DNA from: Macrostomum hystrix
Taxonomy: Eukaryota > Animalia > Platyhelminthes
Length of the DNA stretch: 64,000 nt
Reading direction: 5' to 3'
Assembly: GCA_950097015.1 (NCBI GenBank)
Contig: CATNEN010000003.1
Span: 16,058,001-16,122,000, forward strand
The first letter of the stretch is position 1. Each line of letters begins with the position of its first letter. A model generated the notes under the pieces. The model was given only the letters and a program-made list of their open reading frames with translations. It was not told the origin of the DNA and searched no databases. Shown in pieces: positions 60,858-64,000 of the stretch. The position numbers were made by a program, and so were the translations under genes.

Positions 60858-63800
60858 TCCACTATACTAAAAATGAAATGGTTGGTTGGTTGGTTGGTTG
60901 CTTGCTTGTAATTGATTTTCTCCCGAACGGCTCAACCGATTTTCACCATTTCTTCACCAAAACATGCCAAATATGGGGACAATTATACACGTATTTTTAT
61001 TAAGCTTAACTTTATTGCTAAAGGGATTAAATATTCGAAAAACATGATTTTTTCAATGGTCAAACCATCTAGGCCTATTGAGAATTTTACTCACTGCCAC
61101 TGAATTAGAATTGCATCGTCAAATTGCGCAACAACCCCTAGCTGATTGAATTTGAAGCCTGCACTCTGGAGACAAATTGGAAATAAATGTACACAACCAA
61201 CCGCGAGACTGAGTGTACTCTATTTTCTTACTTCATTGTACAAAGCCAGAACTTTGAGAATTCATTTTATAAGGCTGATTTTTGCGACCACTAATCAACA
61301 GTCGGAATAGCCGATGTGTAGGCACTAGGAATAGGGTGAGGCTAGGCTAGGGTTCGATTCATTTAGACTATTTTTTTCAGCCAGTAGTGATTGAAGAATA
61401 TTTCAATTTATTTTTTTCATTTCGTAAATAAAATATCATAAATCATAGCAAATCTGAGTTTGAATCATTGCGAAAATAGAGTCTGAATCGTGGCTAAACC
61501 AGAGTCTGAATCACGGCTAAACCAGAATTTGAATCATGGCTAAACCATCGATTAAAATCATGGCTAAACCATCGTTTAAATCATGGCTAAACCAGAGTTT
61601 GAATCATTGCTAAACCATCGTTTAAATCATGGCTAAACCATCGTTTAAATCATGGCTAAACCATCGTTTGAATCATGGCTAAACCATAGTTTGAATCATG
61701 GCTAAACCAGAGTTTCAATCATGGCTAAACCAGATCTTGAATCATGACTAAACCAGAGTTTAAATCATGGCTAAACCATCGTTTGAATCATGGCTAACCC
61801 AGAGTCTGAATCATGGCTAAACCAGATCTTGAATCATGGCTAAACCCGATCTTGAATCATGGCTAAACCAGAGTTTCAATCATGGCTAAACCAGATCTTG
61901 AATCATGACTAAACCAGAGTTTAAATCATGGCTAAAGCATCGTTTGAATCATGGCTAACCCAGAGTCTGAATCATGGCTAAACCAGATCTTGAATCATGG
62001 CTAAACCCGATCTTGAATCATGGCTAAACCAGAGTTTCAATCATGGCTAAACCAGATCTTGAATCATGACTAAACCAGAGTTTAAATCATGGCTAAAGCA
62101 TCGTTTGAATCATGGCTAACCCAGAGTCTGAATCATGGCTAAACCAGATCTTGAATCATGGCTAAACCCGATCTTGAATCATGGCTAAACCAGAGTTTCA
62201 ATCATGGCTAAACCAGATCTTGAATCATGACTAAACCAGAGTTTAAATCATGGCTAAAGCATCGTTTGAATCATGGCTAACCCAGAGTCTGAATCATGGC
62301 TAAACCAGATCTTGAATCATGGCTAAACCCGATCTTGAATCATGGCTAAACCAGAGTTTCAATCATGGCTAAACCAGATCTTGAATCATGACTAAACCAG
62401 AGTTTAAATCATGGCTAAAGCATCGTTTGAATCATGGCTAAACCATCGTTTGAATCATGGCTAAACCATCGTTTGAATCATGGCTAAACCAGATTTTGAA
62501 TCATTGCTAAACCAGATCTTGATTCATGGCTAAACCAGAGTTTAAATCATGGCTAAACCAGAGTCTGAATCATGGCTAAACCAGATCTTGAATCATGGCT
62601 AAACCATTGTTTGAATCATGGCTAAACCAGAGTCTGAATCATGGCTAAACCAGAGTCTGAATCATGGCTAAACCAGATCTTGAATCATGGCTAAACCCGA
62701 TCTTGAATCATGGCTAAACCATCGTTTGAATCATGGCTAAACCATCGTTTGAATCATGACTAAACCATCGTTTGAATCATGGCTAAACCAGATTTTGAAT
62801 CATGGCTAAACCATCGTTTGAATCATGGCTAAACCAGAGTTTCAATCATGGCTAAACCAGATCTTGAATCATGACTAAACCAGAGTTTAAATCATGGCTA
62901 AACCATCGTTTGAATCATGGCTAACCCAGAGTCTGAATCATGGCTAAACCAGATCTTGAATCATGGCTAAACCCGATCTTGAATCATGGCTAAACCAGAG
63001 TTTCAATCATGGCTAAACCAGATCTTGAATCATGACTAAACCAGAGTTTAAATCATGGCTAAAGCATCGTTTGAATCATGGCTAACCCAGAGTCTGAATC
63101 ATGGCTAAACCAGATCTTGAATCATGGCTAAACCCGATCTTGAATCATGGCTAAACCAGAGTTTCAATCATGGCTAAACCAGATCTTGAATCATGACTAA
63201 ACCAGAGTTTAAATCATGGCTAAAGCATCGTTTGAATCATGGCTAACCCAGAGTCTGAATCATGGCTAAACCAGACTTTGAATCATAGCCAACCAGAGTT
63301 TGAATCTTGGCTAAACCAGAGTTTCAATCATGGCTAACCCAGCGTTTGAATCATGGCTAAACCAGAGTTTGAATCATGGCAAAAACCAAGTTTCAATCAT
63401 GGCTAACCCAGCGCTTGAATCATGGCTAAACCAGAGTTTGAATCATAGCCAACCAGAGTTTGAATCTTGGCTAAACCAGAGTCTGAATCATGGCAAAACG
63501 AGAGTTTGAATCATAGCCCACCAGGGTTTAAAACATGGCGAAACCTGAGTTTGAATCTTGGCTAACCCAGCGTTTGAAAAATCAACGTCAACTGGGGAGT
63601 CATCATCAAAATGGGGATCATGGTGAACTGGGGGATCATGGTAAACTGGGGGATAATTGTCGACTGGGGGATCATTGTCAACTGGGGGATCATTGTCAAC
63701 TGGGGGATCATTGTCAACTGGGGGATCATTGTCAACTGGGGGATCATTGTCAAATGGGGGATCATTGTCAACTGGGGGATCTTTGTCAACTGGGGGTTCA

Positions 63801-64000
63801 TTGTCAACTGGGGGTTCATTGTCAACTGGGGGATCATTGTCAACTGGGGGATCATTGTGAACTGAGAGATCATTGTCAACTGGGGGGTAATGGTCAACTG
63901 GGGGATAATTGTCAACTGGGGAATCATCATCAACTGAGGATCATCATCAACTGGGGGATCATTGAGAACTGGGGGATCTTTGTCAACTGGGGGATCATTG
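60858..64000 (+). mobile_element. Non-autonomous Helitron H9 (H1-like body), runs off the window
   Basis: 5' TCCACTATACTAAAAATG with (GGTT)n. Segment ~60930-61450 is homologous to ~31475-32020. The same 23-bp then 18-bp satellites follow. Confidence 0.85.
61455..63575 (+). repeat. 23-bp satellite (GAATCATGGCTAAACCAGAKYTT)n with a 138-bp (6-mer) higher-order repeat
   Basis: Same monomer family as 32030-34210. The AAACCCGATC variant recurs about every 138 bp in ~61840-62340. Confidence 0.93.

Overview
Eukaryotic DNA, probably from an invertebrate animal (spliceosomal GT-AG introns, metazoan transposon types). The window has three zones. (1) 1-13 kb is a nest of mobile elements. It holds a degraded tyrosine-recombinase (DIRS/Ngaro) retrotransposon and a Gypsy RT fragment. 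A TA-flanked MITE contains a long-TIR P-superfamily element (8-bp TSD), which in turn contains a LINE fragment, an apparently intact 4-exon THAP/P-element transposon (own 8-bp TSD) and a solo LTR. (2) 13.4-28.2 kb is a minus-strand, 11-coding-exon gene for a ~1017-aa type I membrane protein with nine Ig-like domains, built by recent triplication of a 3-exon cassette. It has chimeric exons, intronic VNTRs and tandem decoy splice acceptors that could give secreted isoforms. (3) 31.4 kb to the window end is an uninterrupted, same-orientation train of at least nine Helitron units from several families, joined CTAG|TC with no host DNA between them. One unit is a 14.6-kb apparently autonomous Helitron encoding a 7-exon OTU-protease/Zn-finger/Rep/PIF1-helicase protein and a convergent 5-exon RPA70-like ssDNA-binding protein. 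The other units are non-autonomous, and most carry exchangeable satellite modules. Exon structures were inferred by hand from GT/AG sites and reading-frame continuity; no database search was run.
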